Shown here one piece after another: positions 51,031 through 63,456 of a stretch of DNA of 64,000 nt. The notes beneath the pieces were generated by a model. It ran no database searches, was not told the origin of the DNA, and saw only the letters and a list, made by a program, of their open reading frames with translations. The position numbers and the translations under genes were made by a program. Each line of letters begins with the position of its first letter. The stretch's first letter is position 1. Source of the stretch: Eledone cirrhosa (Eukaryota); NCBI GenBank assembly GCA_964016885.1, contig OZ024758.1, forward strand, positions 26,226,001-26,290,000, written 5' to 3'.

Positions 51031-51104
51031 ATGAAGGCAGCTAATGTTAAAAATAACAACACAGATTTAACACCGAAGTTTATATATTTTCACCACCAAT
51101 TTTT

Positions 51105-51797
51105 AATAATAATAATAATAATAATGAAATTATTGTGTAAAGTGCTCAGGTGCACTACAACTCGTCAATATAGTACATAGAATAATTCACAAATGTCAGG
51201 GAAGTATATGTGTGTATGTGTTAGCTGTAGTGTTGGCGGATCTCGGGAAGCATGGAGGCCTTAAAGGATGCAGTGTCTCGACAGCTAACAACTGATGCAG
51301 GTAGTTTGTTCCATGCTTCAGCAACTCTGAGAGTGAAAAAATGTTTCCGAAAGTCATGGGAACTGTGCTGTTTTCTTACTTTGTGGGCATGCCCACGTGT
51401 GTTAGACACATGGAAATCGAAAAGGCACTCAGGGTTGTTGTTGGCAACATGGTTAACAATTTTGTGGGTGTTTACCAAGTCAGTTGCCAGGCGTCGGAGC
51501 TTCAATGAATCCATGCCCAGGGAAGCAAGGCGCTCAGAGTATGGTAGATGCCTGATGGAGGGTATTCGCTTGGTTGCACGTCTCTGAACAGTTTCCAGGC
51601 GGTCAATGTCCTGAGCAAGATAGGGGTTCCAGACTGGTGATGCAAATTCTAAGTGTGGTCGCACAATAGCTGTATACAGCCTTAAATAGATATCTGGAGA
51701 GCGGCTGACAAAGGTCTTGCTGAGTGATGCTAAGACACCCTCGGCCTTCTTGACAATTTTAGAGACGTGCCTCGTCCAACGCAAATCGCTGCTGACC
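51105..51797 (-). mobile_element. CR1-clade LINE, 5'-truncated ORF2 end plus 3' UTR and (TAT)n tail
   Basis: LYTAIVRPHLEFASPVWNP...LETVQRRATK...YSERLASL...FFTLRVAEAWNKLP is the CR1 C-terminus. Confidence 0.9.
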
Positions 51798-51987
51798 GTT
51801 TAAGACAATTTAAAATCTAACTCTAACACTATTTATATTTACCGGCAAAATACTCTGGAGTTCCTCCTGTTTATCAGAGGGCCACCAGGCGAAACTCCAA
51901 AGTAATAAGACTCACTATTTAGCCTTAATAAAATAACTATTTAAACTCTACTTCGGCATTGAGTACTCTTTTCTCTTAGCCGCCAAC

Positions 51988-52026
<39 letters not shown>

Positions 52027-52156
52027 GGAAAGTTATATTTAAATTGTTGGGTTAACAACGAGTAAATATTTATAACTGATATAAAAGCACTCAACAAGTA
52101 TTTGGAGTATATTTATGATATTAAATAAATGGAAACTATATTTATAAAACCATATT

Positions 52157-52222
52157 TATTTCGTTATATATATTTCAGGGATATCATATTAACAATATGT
52201 TATGCCATCTTCAGACAAAATA
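52157..52222 (-). ncRNA. Type-I hammerhead ribozyme motif, variant
   Basis: CTGAAGA...GAAA-tatata-TA; stem I tattttgt/acgaaata shows an A-U to G-C compensatory pair; the first stem II pair is a U-U mismatch. Confidence 0.6.
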
Positions 52223-52433
52223 CAATATAAACAGTCTTATAAATAAATAGATACGACATACCTTTCAATTATATATATATATATATATAACCAAAGATTA
52301 ATATGGTTCATTGATTACTCAATGAATATAGTTTTACAATAGATTAAAAGCACTCTACAAAGAAGTTTTCTGGAGTTATTAATATTATTCAAAATATTAA
52401 TAAATGAAGACATTCACATAATCAAAATATATG

Positions 52434-52498
52434 TTTTATTATATATATTTCGAAGGTACTGTGCTGTTTTTTTTTCAGTACGTCGTCGTCAGATAAAA
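52434..52498 (-). ncRNA. Type-I hammerhead ribozyme motif, probably impaired
   Basis: CTGACGA...GAAA-tatata-TA on the minus strand; C-C mismatch at the base of stem II. Confidence 0.55.
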
Positions 52499-52601
52499 TA
52501 CATCAAAAGACCTCAACGGTCTTGATGGTTCAATTCCAGTATTGGTCAGTACTGGAATTGAACCATCAAGACAGTTGAGGTATGTCATACATTAATTCAT
52601 G

Positions 52602-52668
52602 TATTTTATCTGACGAGGACGTACTGAAAAAAACAGCACAGTACCTTCGAAATATATATAATAAAACA
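52602..52668 (+). ncRNA. Type-I hammerhead ribozyme motif
   Basis: tattttat-CTGACGA-gga(c)gtactg..cagtac(c)ttc-GAAA-tatata-TA-ataaaa. Confidence 0.75.
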
Positions 52669-52910
52669 TATATTTTGATTATGTGAATGTCTTCATTTAT
52701 TAATATTCTGAATATATATATAACGAAGGAAGTGTGGTAAGGAACCAGGTGGACCATAACGCACCAGAGTACTCAATACTTAGGGTAGTAGAGTGGGTAA
52801 TAGGAAAAAGTTTAACCCCGACGGCAGAGCTCAAGCCGTTTCGACTGCTATTTCTGGACTGAAATAGCCGTCAAAATGGCTTGAGTACTGCCGTCGGGGT
52901 TAAACTTTTT

Positions 52911-52947
<37 letters not shown>

Positions 52948-52949
<2 letters not shown>

Positions 52950-53250
52950 GAAGGTTGTGAGTTCGATTCTCAGACCGGGTGATGCGTTGTGTCCTTGAGC
53001 AAGACACTTTATTTCACGTTCGTCCAGTTTACTCAGCTGTAGAAATTAGTTGTGACGTCACTGGTGCCAAACTGTATCGAGCATTGCCTTTCCTTTGGAC
53101 AACATCGGTGGCGTGCAGAGGGGGAGACTGGTATGCATGGGCGACTGCTGGTCTTCCACAAACAACCTTGCCCTGACTTGTGCCTCGGAGGGGAACTTTC
53201 TAGATGCAAACCCCATGGTCATTCGTGACCGAATGACGTCTTTACCCTTA
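52948..53250 (+). mobile_element. tRNA-headed SINE (family B-related), 5'-clipped
   Basis: B-box gtgagttcgattc followed by gtgtccttgagcaagacactttatttcac...ccagtttactcagctg. Confidence 0.7.
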
Positions 53251-53443
53251 TATATTTATATATATGCCCGACTTTTTTCATGGTCAAAAACGTACGTTGA
53301 AGCTGTTAACTATTAAGTTAGCATAATAATTCAAATAAATATATATGTGAGTGTGTGTAAACTATTCTAAAGCGAAACCGAGGTTCTATATTCAGAAGAA
53401 TTCAATTAAAAAAAGGACATTATTTGTATAAAATTAAAGGCGG

Positions 53444-53762
53444 TGGATTGGCAGTATCGGTAGAGGGTCGGACGCCATGCTTTCCAGCATAGTTACGTCC
53501 CTTTACGATCTGAGTTCAAATCCCGCCGAGGTTGACTTTGCCTTTCATCCTTACGGGGTCGATAAAATAAAGTACCAGTAATGCACTGGGTAATTGCTGG
53601 CCTTGTGCCTAAAATAGAAACAATTATTTGTATAAAATTATCTATGAGTTCAAATCCCGCCGAGGTTAACTTTGCCTTTCATCCTTACAGGGTCGATAAA
53701 ATAAAGTACCAGTAATGCACTGAAATAATTGCTGGCCTTGTGCCAAAAGTAGAAACAATTAT
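53444..53762 (+). mobile_element. tRNA-derived SINE (family A), full copy plus tandem partial copy
   Basis: Family A consensus at 53444-53627 and 53646-53762; ttatttgtataaaatta recurs at the junctions (TSD-like). Confidence 0.85.
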
Positions 53763-54746
53763 TTGTATAAAATTAATAGAATTCTTTTAACCGGACATTG
53801 AAACTACGGTGTAGTCTCGATATATTTAATATGAAACAAGATATATGGTTCTTTCTGTCTGTACAAAATCCTAAAATACCGTGATTTGTCGGCTAACTAC
53901 ATTTTCCAGCCTGTGGAGTTCGAGACATTTGGGGGAGTCGGGCTACTGATTCCTATCTTCACTGACGGCACGCCTAACCGAGGTAACTGGTGATGTTCGT
54001 GAGGGCGCTTGGTTGTTCCAGCGCATCAGTCTCGCCATCACCCGAGGTAACGCTGCGAGCGTGCTGGCTTGACTAAAAAATTGTTAGAGGGGTTTCCTCG
54101 TGCTCCTTGAGATACTGTTACCTTTTTACTCTGGCAGCGGTTCGTTTGTCCACCCACGTTCGCCTCCCTTTGTTGTATGTGGTCCTAGATGTATATATTA
54201 CCTGCTTTGTATATTCTGTAACCATAATATATTTTTTATACGACTGTTTACAAATATATGCAGTTTAATAGCGTTGCTAAAAAAACAGGTGGAGGGGCTA
54301 ACATGTGATTTGCATAATTTATCTATGTCTGGTAAAAGCACATTCAGATGCATGGATGTCTGTTGTCGGGTGTTGTAAAATATCTTATAATTCCAGACAC
54401 CAGCTGGGTGGCTGACAACGAAGGTCTCGTCACCGTTGGCAGCTCGCCTTACCGAAGTATTAAGTGATGCCCGTGTGGGTGCTTGCTTATTTCTAGCTTC
54501 TTCGTCTCGCTACAACGCTGCGAATGTGTTGGGGTGTCTAAAAAATCATTAGCGGGTAACTCCAGCACCCTTGATGTGTGTGATTGAGTGTGTGTGTGTG
54601 TGTGTGGGGGGGTCTTCTCCTTTCTTTATTCTTTCTTCCTTATCATTCCCTCCTTTTTTTTTTTATTATATAAATGTGTTCAGCAGTCTATACCCCATTA
54701 GGTGTGCTTTATAGGAAAATACTTGAATTGAATGTATACCTATTTG

Positions 54747-55104
54747 CAAACCTGCCAACCTCCAAAAACCCAAACGGGGAGTACCATGAAAAATAGTGCC
54801 CCAAAACGGGGAGAAATTAGGCAAAATGGGGAGATTTTACATAATTGTTTCTACTTTAGGCACAAGGCCAGCAATTAACCAGTGCATTACTGGTACTTTA
54901 TTTTATCGACCCCGTAAGGATGAAAGGCAAAGTCAACCTCGGCGGGATTTGAACTCAGATCGTAAAGGGACGTAACTATGCTGGAAAGCATGGCGTCCGA
55001 CTACATAATGAAAAATATACCCATTTTTACAAGAGAAGACATCTCTTCTCCACCCCAAAGTGGGTGGGAGATCTCCCCGTCGGACGGGAAGAATGACAGG
55101 TCTG
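54747..55104. mobile_element. hAT-like MITE interrupted by a family A SINE (54846-55001, minus strand)
   Basis: Ends are acctgccaacc...tgacaggtctg; an uninterrupted inverted copy lies at 59239-59414; the SINE is flanked by the 8-bp TSD tacataat. Confidence 0.7.
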
Positions 55105-55368
55105 TATTTGCTACCCAGACTATATTCTCAATTTGCCAGGTCTCTGTAGGAGGGGTCGTACTTAGTGGTACGTCAAAAGTGTTATCGTCTATGGAAAGAA
55201 AGGTACTTTAGTAACACCAGTAATGTACTGGGTAATTGCTGGCCTTGTGCCTAAAGTAGAAACAATTAAATTACCATTTGTATATTATTCTATGTACTAT
55301 ACATGTACCTTTGACAAGTTGTAGTGCACCTGAGCACTGTACTTTAGTAACATTAAATTACCAAGAAC

Positions 55369-55552
55369 GGTGGATTGGCAGTATCTGTAGCGGGTCGGAC
55401 GCCATGCTTTGACGCATAGTTACGGCCCTTGCCATTCTGAGTTCAAATCCCGCCGAGGTTAACTTTGCCTTTCATTCTTACGGGGTCGATAAAATAAAGT
55501 ACCAGTAATGCACTGGGTAATTGCTGGCCTTGTGCCTAAAGTAGAAACAATT
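55369..55552 (+). mobile_element. tRNA-derived SINE (family A)
   Basis: Family A consensus, flanked by the attaaattaccaagaa direct repeat (TSD). Confidence 0.85.
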
Positions 55553-55674
55553 AAATTACCAAGAATATGTATTACTATTAGGTACACTTATTAGGCAACT
55601 AATTAAAGAATTGTTATTTTTACGTCAGTGTTTAAGACCCTTAAGTTAGCAGTTCTGTTACTATAGGACACGTT

Positions 55675-57290
55675 ATAATAATAATAATGAAATTATTGTG
55701 TACAGTGCTCAGGTGCACTACCACTTGTCAAAGGCGCATGTATAGTACATAGAATAATATACAAATGTCAGGGAAGTGAATAGTGTATGAGACATGATAT
55801 AATGTGTGCGTGTGTATGGAGGGGGAATATTAGGTGACACTGGCAGTTTTCCACTGTTCTGGAGTAGCACTGTTGTTCAGACAGAATTGGAAGAAGCGTG
55901 ATAGCTGGTGCAGAAGGAAGTACCCACCACGTTTGAGAAGCAGGTACGTAACACCATGAAGACCAGGAGAGGCATGGTTGCGTTTATTGCAGGTGTAAAT
56001 TCCATAGTTGTAATAGAATCCGATGTCATAGGTGGTGGAAACGGTACACTCTGGTCTTCAATAGTGAAAATGCCTGCATAGCATTCAGCAACGAGCTCTG
56101 CGCATTCCTTGGGGTCGTCAGTAACCTGGCTTGTGTGGGGATTGCGAAGAGGACCAACTGGAGAGTGAGGCCTCTGCCTTGAGTGAACATACTTCCAGAA
56201 CACCTTACTGTCAGGGCTGGTTGCTATGCGCTGCTCAAATTGAAGCACTGCCTTTTTTGTCACCTGTTTGAGATGGTTGGATGATTTATTTCGCTTCTTC
56301 CTATTGATGTCTGATTTATACAGTTTGTACTCACGTTCAGCATTACGACGTTCTTTTCTGGCAAGACAGACTGCTGCAGTCTCCCAAATTGCACTTTTGG
56401 GATGTTTTTTTCTGCATACCTGGCACCGATACTGCACATGCTGTCCATATTAAGCTCAGGATGTTCTGGAGTACAGTGTTGACATCTCCAGAGTCGTAAA
56501 ACTCAAGCCAGTTTGGACGTTGCAGCTCGGCGCAGCAACAGTTCCAGTCTGCTTTGTTCCAGTCAAAGTGACCAGTTTGGAGATGGTTGTGGTTTTTGTT
56601 ACTGCCCATAAGAGACAGATTGGCAATGATCCTAGCATGATCAGAGTTACCTAAAGGTTCCTCAGTAGTAACACTAATAACCGTTTCAGGAATAGTGGTG
56701 AAGAGTAGATCCAAAGTGTTGTCACCTCTTGTCGGGGAGGTGACTACTTGGGATCAATTCGAGCCCAACACTAACTCAAGGAAGTCATTTGCACTTTGCG
56801 GCCAACGAAAGGTTTCCCAGTCAATCTCAGGGTGATTGAAGTCCCCTGCAATAAAAAAACATAAGTGGCTGTTTTCCTGGCAGCAACTTTGAGGATATCA
56901 CAAAGTTGAGTGTCCTGATGGTAATTTGGGGGACGGTAAACGACTCCAAGTGGCAGTGTTGACATGGGCATACGTATATCGCAGAAAAATACTTCTTGCT
57001 GCGATTGGTTCAAATCAACACAAGGTATTGCCGAAATATTTGACCGACGAAACAAGTTGTAGCCAGTTATGCTGAAAACCCCATCACAGAGTAAGGAATG
57101 TGCCCATGTTTCCGTGACTGTAATGAAGTCAGGGTCGATACTTTTGACGTAGGAGTCAAAAATATGTATCTTATTACATAGACTACGTGCATTCAAGGAC
57201 AACAACTTGTACCTTGATTCCAGTCTATGATTATGTGCAGGGGGTGGCAGGTTGTTCTGATTTAGTTTCTCAGAGTTTTTTCAGTTTTTT
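55675..57290 (-). mobile_element. CR1-clade LINE, frameshifted: APE endonuclease and linker joined to the 3' tail, RT missing
   Basis: LSLNARSL, ITVTETW, VYRPP, GDFN, DLLFT and SDH endonuclease motifs across several frames, plus KVFWKYV linker; 3' UTR (agtgctcaggtgcactac on +) shared with the 51105 copy. Confidence 0.85.
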
Positions 57291-57869
57291 TAATTGTCAG
57301 TTGTTGTGGGTACAGTGTTTTCAGACCAGCTGGTATCTCTTATGTCCCAACTATTTCTCATGATCTACTATCAGTGTACCTTACAAGATGTTGTACTTAG
57401 CGGCTCACCTAATAGAGGTAACTGGCGAATCTCGCGAGGGCGCTTGGCTGGTTCAGCGCATCAGCCTCGCCATCACCCGAGGCAACGCTGCCAGTGTGCT
57501 GGCTTGCCTCAAAAATCATTAGAGAGGTTTCCCAGTACTCCTCGCAACGTTGCTGTCTTTTGCTCTGGTGTTGGCTCCGTTGTTCACCCCTTCCTTTACA
57601 TTTTGTTTAATATTGTAACATTAAAAGAATATATCTTTGTGAAAGAATCGCGAGTAATTTATAATGTTGTCTAAGCATTTGTAATGTTATTTATGTATAT
57701 ATTTAAAACACATTTGTTATGTTATTCTACTGTAAATTTATTTATATGCTCTGTTTATATTTTCATTCTGAAAGAATTGCAAACGATTTGTAATGTCGTT
57801 TATACAACTGTGATAACGTCTTTAGTTCTTCTCGTTTCTCATGACATCACTAATATGCTCGTATGTAGG

Positions 57870-58182
57870 TACAGCACAGCTCCCATGACTTTCGTAGACA
57901 TTTTTTCACGCTCAGAGTTGCTGAAGCATGGAACAAACTGCCTGCGTCAGTTGTTAGCTGTCGAGACACTGCATCCTTTAAGACACTCATGCTTCCCGAA
58001 ATACGCCAAAACTGCACCTGATGTACCCCTTCCATACACATGCACACATGTGTATATCATGACTCATGCACTGTTTATTTTCCTGATGTTTGTACATTAC
58101 CCTATGTACTATACATACACTTTTTGATGAGTTGTAGTGCACCTGAGCACTGTACACAATATTTCATTATTATTTATTATTA
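57870..58182 (+). mobile_element. CR1 LINE 3'-end fragment
   Basis: Reverse complement of the 51105-51370 region; ends in a (TAT)n tail. Confidence 0.85.
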
Positions 58183-58472
58183 TCTGGTGTGACATAAACT
58201 TAACGCAACGTTTCCAAATTTCATCAGCTATCAATTCAGAGTGGGCCCCCATTTGCTTATAATAGTGAGAGATTGGGAGATTGGAAGAGACGGGGCGCAG
58301 TGACAGTGGGAGTTTGTTTCCATTGTGTTCGGACCTGCTGTATATATGTATATATTTATTTACGACACCACTTTACCAGTATCTTCGATTATTATTGAAT
58401 ACGTTCATGTATACACGATCTCATATGAATCTATTCAGAGTTATCTCCCCCTCTTCGATCGATGTTACTAAT

Positions 58473-58657
58473 AATTGTTTCTACTTTTTGGCACAAGGCC
58501 AGCAATTAGCAGTGCATTACTGGTACTTTATTTTATCGACCCCATAAGGATGAAAGGCAAAGTTAACCTCGGCGGGATTTGAACTCAGAACGGCAAGGGC
58601 CGTAACTCTATGCGTCAAAGCATGGCGTCCGACCCTCTACCGATACTGCCAATCCAC
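58473..58657 (-). mobile_element. tRNA-derived SINE (family A)
   Basis: Reverse complement of the family A consensus. Confidence 0.85.
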
Positions 58658-59238
58658 GCAAACGATAGGACCTCTATGCTGTCTCACCACTTGCTAGAAA
58701 TAGCAGTAAAATTTCTCTCAGGTAACACTCTATTCTATTTTAAAGATATATTTGACGTAGTCTGAGATGAAGAGACAGGATGGTCCCTGTGAAAAGGCCT
58801 TTCCATTATAAAGTCTGCTCGTTCAGGACTGTCATAGGGTTAATGTATTGGATTTAATTTGATTTAGAATATGCTCCTCTCTTTCATGATATTAGCCTTA
58901 TATCTAAACCTTTGTTTAGCTGGTCAGTGTATAATAAATACTATGAATCTTGTTCCGTTTCCCCAATTCCCCAAATAACCATCACACTTGCCATTAAATA
59001 TCACGGAATCTCAAACCTTTTCCTTAGAACTTCAAAGCCTTAATAATCGGCTTTCTTTCTTTTGTTTACTTTATCAGCTGATGGCCATTGAGTATTGATA
59101 TATTATTGCTAGTGTTGTGAAAGCTCTTAGACATTGTAATGCTCTTTTATAGTATCATGTGAAGGTTATCAAACTTTTTTTACCATCGATTCCATCATGG
59201 AATCCTTAATCACTCTTTGGTAGGAGATTGGTGAGTTT

Positions 59239-59414
59239 CAGACCTGTCAATTCTCCCCCTTCTATGGAGAGATCTCCCACCTACTCTGGGGTGGGTGAGA
59301 GATGCCTTCTCTTGTGAAAAGGGATATAGCTTTCATTATGTAAAATCTCCCCATTTTGGGGCACTTTTTTTTCATGGTACTCTCCATTTGGGTTTTTAGA
59401 GGTTGGCAGGTCTG
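59239..59414. mobile_element. hAT-like MITE
   Basis: TIR cagacctgtcaa / ttggcaggtctg; homologous to 54747-55104. Confidence 0.7.
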
Positions 59415-59581
59415 GATTTTTAGTAGTAAATTACTCTACTATTGGTCAGTTTCTCTATTTTGTTAAAACTACACCTACATGGAGTGTTTGTTCGCATTAC
59501 TTACATTGCTTGAACTTGCTTTCCTAGTACATAGGCTAAACCTTTTCTTATATTGTTCCAACACCCAGTTTTAATAAACAG

Positions 59582-59872
59582 ATGACTTTCAGAAACATTT
59601 TTTTCACGCTCAGAGTTGTTGAAGCATGGAACAAACTGCCTGCATCAGTTGTTAGTTGCCAAGACACTGCATCCTTTAAAACCCTCATGCTTCCCAAAAT
59701 TCGCCAAAACTACTTGATGTACCCCTTCCATACACATGCACACATGTGTATATCATGACTCATGCACTGTTTATTTTCCTGACGTTTGTGCATTACCCTA
59801 TGTACTATACATACACTTTTTGATGAGTTGTAGTGCACCTGAGCAATGTACACAATATTTCATTATTATTAT
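59582..59872 (+). mobile_element. CR1 LINE 3'-end fragment
   Basis: Near-identical to 57885-58170. Confidence 0.85.
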
Positions 59873-61127
59873 CATCGTCATTTTACATCCCCTTTCCACA
59901 TTGGCATGGGTTGGGCAGGTCGTTACTACCCAAGACCAGGCAAGTTGAAGCAAAAAATCTTGCTGCTCATTACATTCCATATTTGACAGGGTTTTTACAG
60001 GTAGATACCCTTCCACAAACCACCTTACAAGGTATGCTGGGTGTATTTTTCATGACAGGGGCACTGTTACTTTATAGAGTTGACTATGTCCATTTTATCA
60101 TAGTACCAGAATTAAAGAGGTTGTTACATACTAGGCCAGACTGGAGAGTCCTTGCCATTCCTCCATTCAATTTCAATTATTAAACTCTGTAGCCTCTGCT
60201 CTGTCACCACATTTACTTTGGTATATATCAATTCTTTAGGCCCATCTTATGTGAAGGTGAATGAATTAAGTTCAGTGTATAAATTACTGGCATCCATTTT
60301 ATTGACCACCATTAGATGAATGAAGGACAAAAAATAACTCCATCAGTGTTTGAACATCAAAATACAAGGAACAAGGAAGCAAACTAAGTTGTAGAAGCTT
60401 CAACTTTGTCTTTCCACCATACAAACACAGCAATGTTACATCAACATTTTCTAGCTGCTTCAAAGCAATTTTTTTTTAAAAACTATCTTTTTTTTTAATG
60501 GATGAAAGCACATCACATCAAACTTACTGTTTAAATATTAATATTAACAAGAATGCATTAATAATGATATGTACATTAATGCATAAAGATCAATAAAGAA
60601 AACAAACATTTTGAATTGGTTTTGAACCTTGTTTTTCAGTTTCTGAAGATTACTGTATGATCTGGTAGTATTTTCTACAACAAAATGGTGTATGATTTGT
60701 TGTAAGTAAAAATGATAAAATGTCACAGCAGAATTGTTGTGCAAAATTAAGTCAACAATCACACCATATAATTTCATTCTGAATTTGTTTTCTCTGTACT
60801 CTCTTTCTCAAGAGATATATTTCATACACACATGTGTACAGATACATCAAATGGTCACATAAAAGATTGTCAGACAGCCATATTATTAATAATATAATGT
60901 AAGCATATATATATATATGCAAATGCATGCATTCATATATGCATAAAAAAAACACATCCTGACATATGGAGTAAAACAAAAATATGGATGAATAAAATAA
61001 GAAAACTAAAGTCTTCTGGGATTTTTTTAACATATAAGAATTTCATTTTTTTTTTTAAATTTCCCCAGCTCATAATAATATCAAGAAATTTTAGAAGTAT
61101 TGTCAAAATTGTCAAAATGAAATAAAT

Positions 61128-61312
61128 AATTGTTTCTACTTTTGGCACAAGGCCAGCAATTACCCCAGTACATTACTGGTGCTTTATTTCATCGACCACG
61201 TAAGGATGAAAGGCAAAGCTAACCTCGGCAGGATTTGAACTTAGAACGTAAAGGGCCATAGCTCTATACTGCAAAGTATAGTGTCTGACGCTCTACAGAT
61301 ACTGCCAATCCA
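61128..61312 (-). mobile_element. tRNA-derived SINE (family A)
   Basis: Reverse complement of the family A consensus. Confidence 0.8.
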
Positions 61313-62872
61313 TTACCTTAATGAAATAATAATGTTTATATAAAACTACTAAATAAATAATAAAAATCCCTCTTATTATGTTATGTGAAATATCTTATAT
61401 CAAAACGAACACTATTAAATTTTTTAAATAAAAACAAATATTGCATTACTTTAGACAAAACACAAATCCAAAAAATACATTTTCTGAGCTTTCTTTTTTT
61501 TTTGTATCTCATGTAAACAAAAGAATTTATTTTTGTTTATTTTTTTAATATAATTAAGACAAGTAAATAGAAGATAAGTTTTGGAATAACACACCATTTC
61601 TTAGGAGACTCATTTCATCATGGAATATTTCTTAATATTCAGTGTTTTTTTAAATACATTTCAATATAAACTTTAAGGAGGTTGTTTTTCACTGCTATGT
61701 AAATGTGTTATGGATGTCATAAATGAAGAAAAGAAAAATTAAAATATATAGTTTCCACAGTAATAAATGTTTAGTACTAAATATGAAAGACAACTTCTTT
61801 AGTTCTCAATTATAATCCAGTATTTTATTTTCATTTCAACTTAATTTACAGCTTAAAGTATTTTAATCTAAACATTTGTTGCAATTAAATAAAGGTAATG
61901 GAATCAGAAGTTACTCATATGTGAAGACTCTCAGCAATTCTAAAACATGACCGATAAATCTTTTTTTAAAAATATAAGTATCCCAATACTGCATCAGTTC
62001 ATATAGTATGTTTTAGTATACTAACATCCAGTCTTCATATAGTAGCAATAACACAAATTGTCTTCAATCTTACATACTAATCATTACAGTCAATTTCTTG
62101 AAAATATGTCAAATATTTTGTGCAGACAAGGCGAAATTTAGAAATTTCTTAATTTAATATAAAATTTAAGAGGAAAAGATCAAATAATTACAGCTGAAAT
62201 ATTAATAATAACTTTATAATTTATTTTTACACACCGGGAACTGGCTCAGTGGTACATCTAATTGACAACATTATTGTTCCATATCTTATAATATTACCAC
62301 CAGCATTCTCTAGTAGTTGGTAGAGAAAATATTTCTATTATGCCCTTTAAGAATGAATAAATATTGTTGAAAATTTTTTTAAACAGGCAGCAATTCAATG
62401 TAGCCATTAACCTTGAAGAAAATATAGACATGGTGTTATAAAATATAGAGATGGTACGTTTTATATATACTAAGAAAATGTTTCATTTTTCTTTTACTAT
62501 ATTCTCAAGGTTTTAGGTGCCATTCTTTATGCCAACAACTCAGCTATGAAGTGGTAATGGCACATACTTTAGTGAGACAGACTGAGCTAAGAAGAGAAAT
62601 GTGTCTTTCCCTAGAGATACAACACAGTGGCTGTAGCTATGTTTGAATTGATGGCCCTAATTAATAGTTCAGCATCTAAACTTCACAGTCTTTGTGCCTT
62701 CACAGCCATTCCTACATTATATTAGTTATATTAGAAGAAAAAAAAATGTTTTTAATCTAATAGATATTCAATAGCTAATTCAATAGGTATGTTTAGAAGC
62801 AAATGTATTTGTTAATCTATAACTATGATTATATATTTTCATTCACATACTCTGTATGTTATTACTCTTTAA

Positions 62873-63080
62873 CCCTTTAGCATTTACATTAATCTATATT
62901 TACTATTATATTTTCACGGTAAAGGCTTTACCTCACATAATATCGAATCTATGAGATTTTGATATTATTTATTTTGAGAACAATACCTTAATATCAGTAT
63001 GAGTGGCCAGTTACAGCCAATTTGAATAGAAAAAGGTGAGAGAATTCTGGCTAGATATGGCCGGTTTAAATGCTAAAGGG
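62873..63080. mobile_element. piggyBac-like MITE
   Basis: TTAA|ccctttagcattta...taaatgctaaaggg|TTAA; opposite orientation to the 44232 copy. Confidence 0.85.
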
Positions 63081-63456
63081 TTAATTGATTCATATAGCTC
63101 TTATATATAAATTTAAGCCTTTAGAACAGGCATTTTTATACACACACATGTATATACATTCACTCATAAACAATATATTCACATACAACTATGTATGAAA
63201 ATATACATTTCTTTTCTATATAAAGAACATCAGATAAATAATATTGTTCTTGTAGGTTTTCAGTTATGAGAAAATAGAATATTTTCCCTAAGACAGAACA
63301 AATCTGAGAGAGTTTTAAATATCTTAAGTGAATTTCATTTACTATTGAATTCCCTGAGTACAATATTGCTGAAGCCAATAGAAAAAAAAAAGAATCTATT
63401 TTATTTTATATAATAAAAAGTTATGAAATTGATGTTGTGGACCATGAAATATTTAA

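Larger units (their letters stand above)
52290..52715. mobile_element. TA-flanked foldback element, second subfamily (related to 50275-50620)
   Basis: Inverted arms meet at ...ttcaattccagta / tactggaattgaa...; hammerhead motifs in both arms. Confidence 0.7.

Noticed and set aside
53444-53530. A-box/B-box sequence as a tRNA gene
   Set aside because: There is no complete cloverleaf, and it continues into the SINE body present in more than 10 copies.
53896-53915. actacattttccagc resembling the ZNF143/Staf promoter motif
   Set aside because: The match is imperfect and no associated exon or transcription start could be identified.
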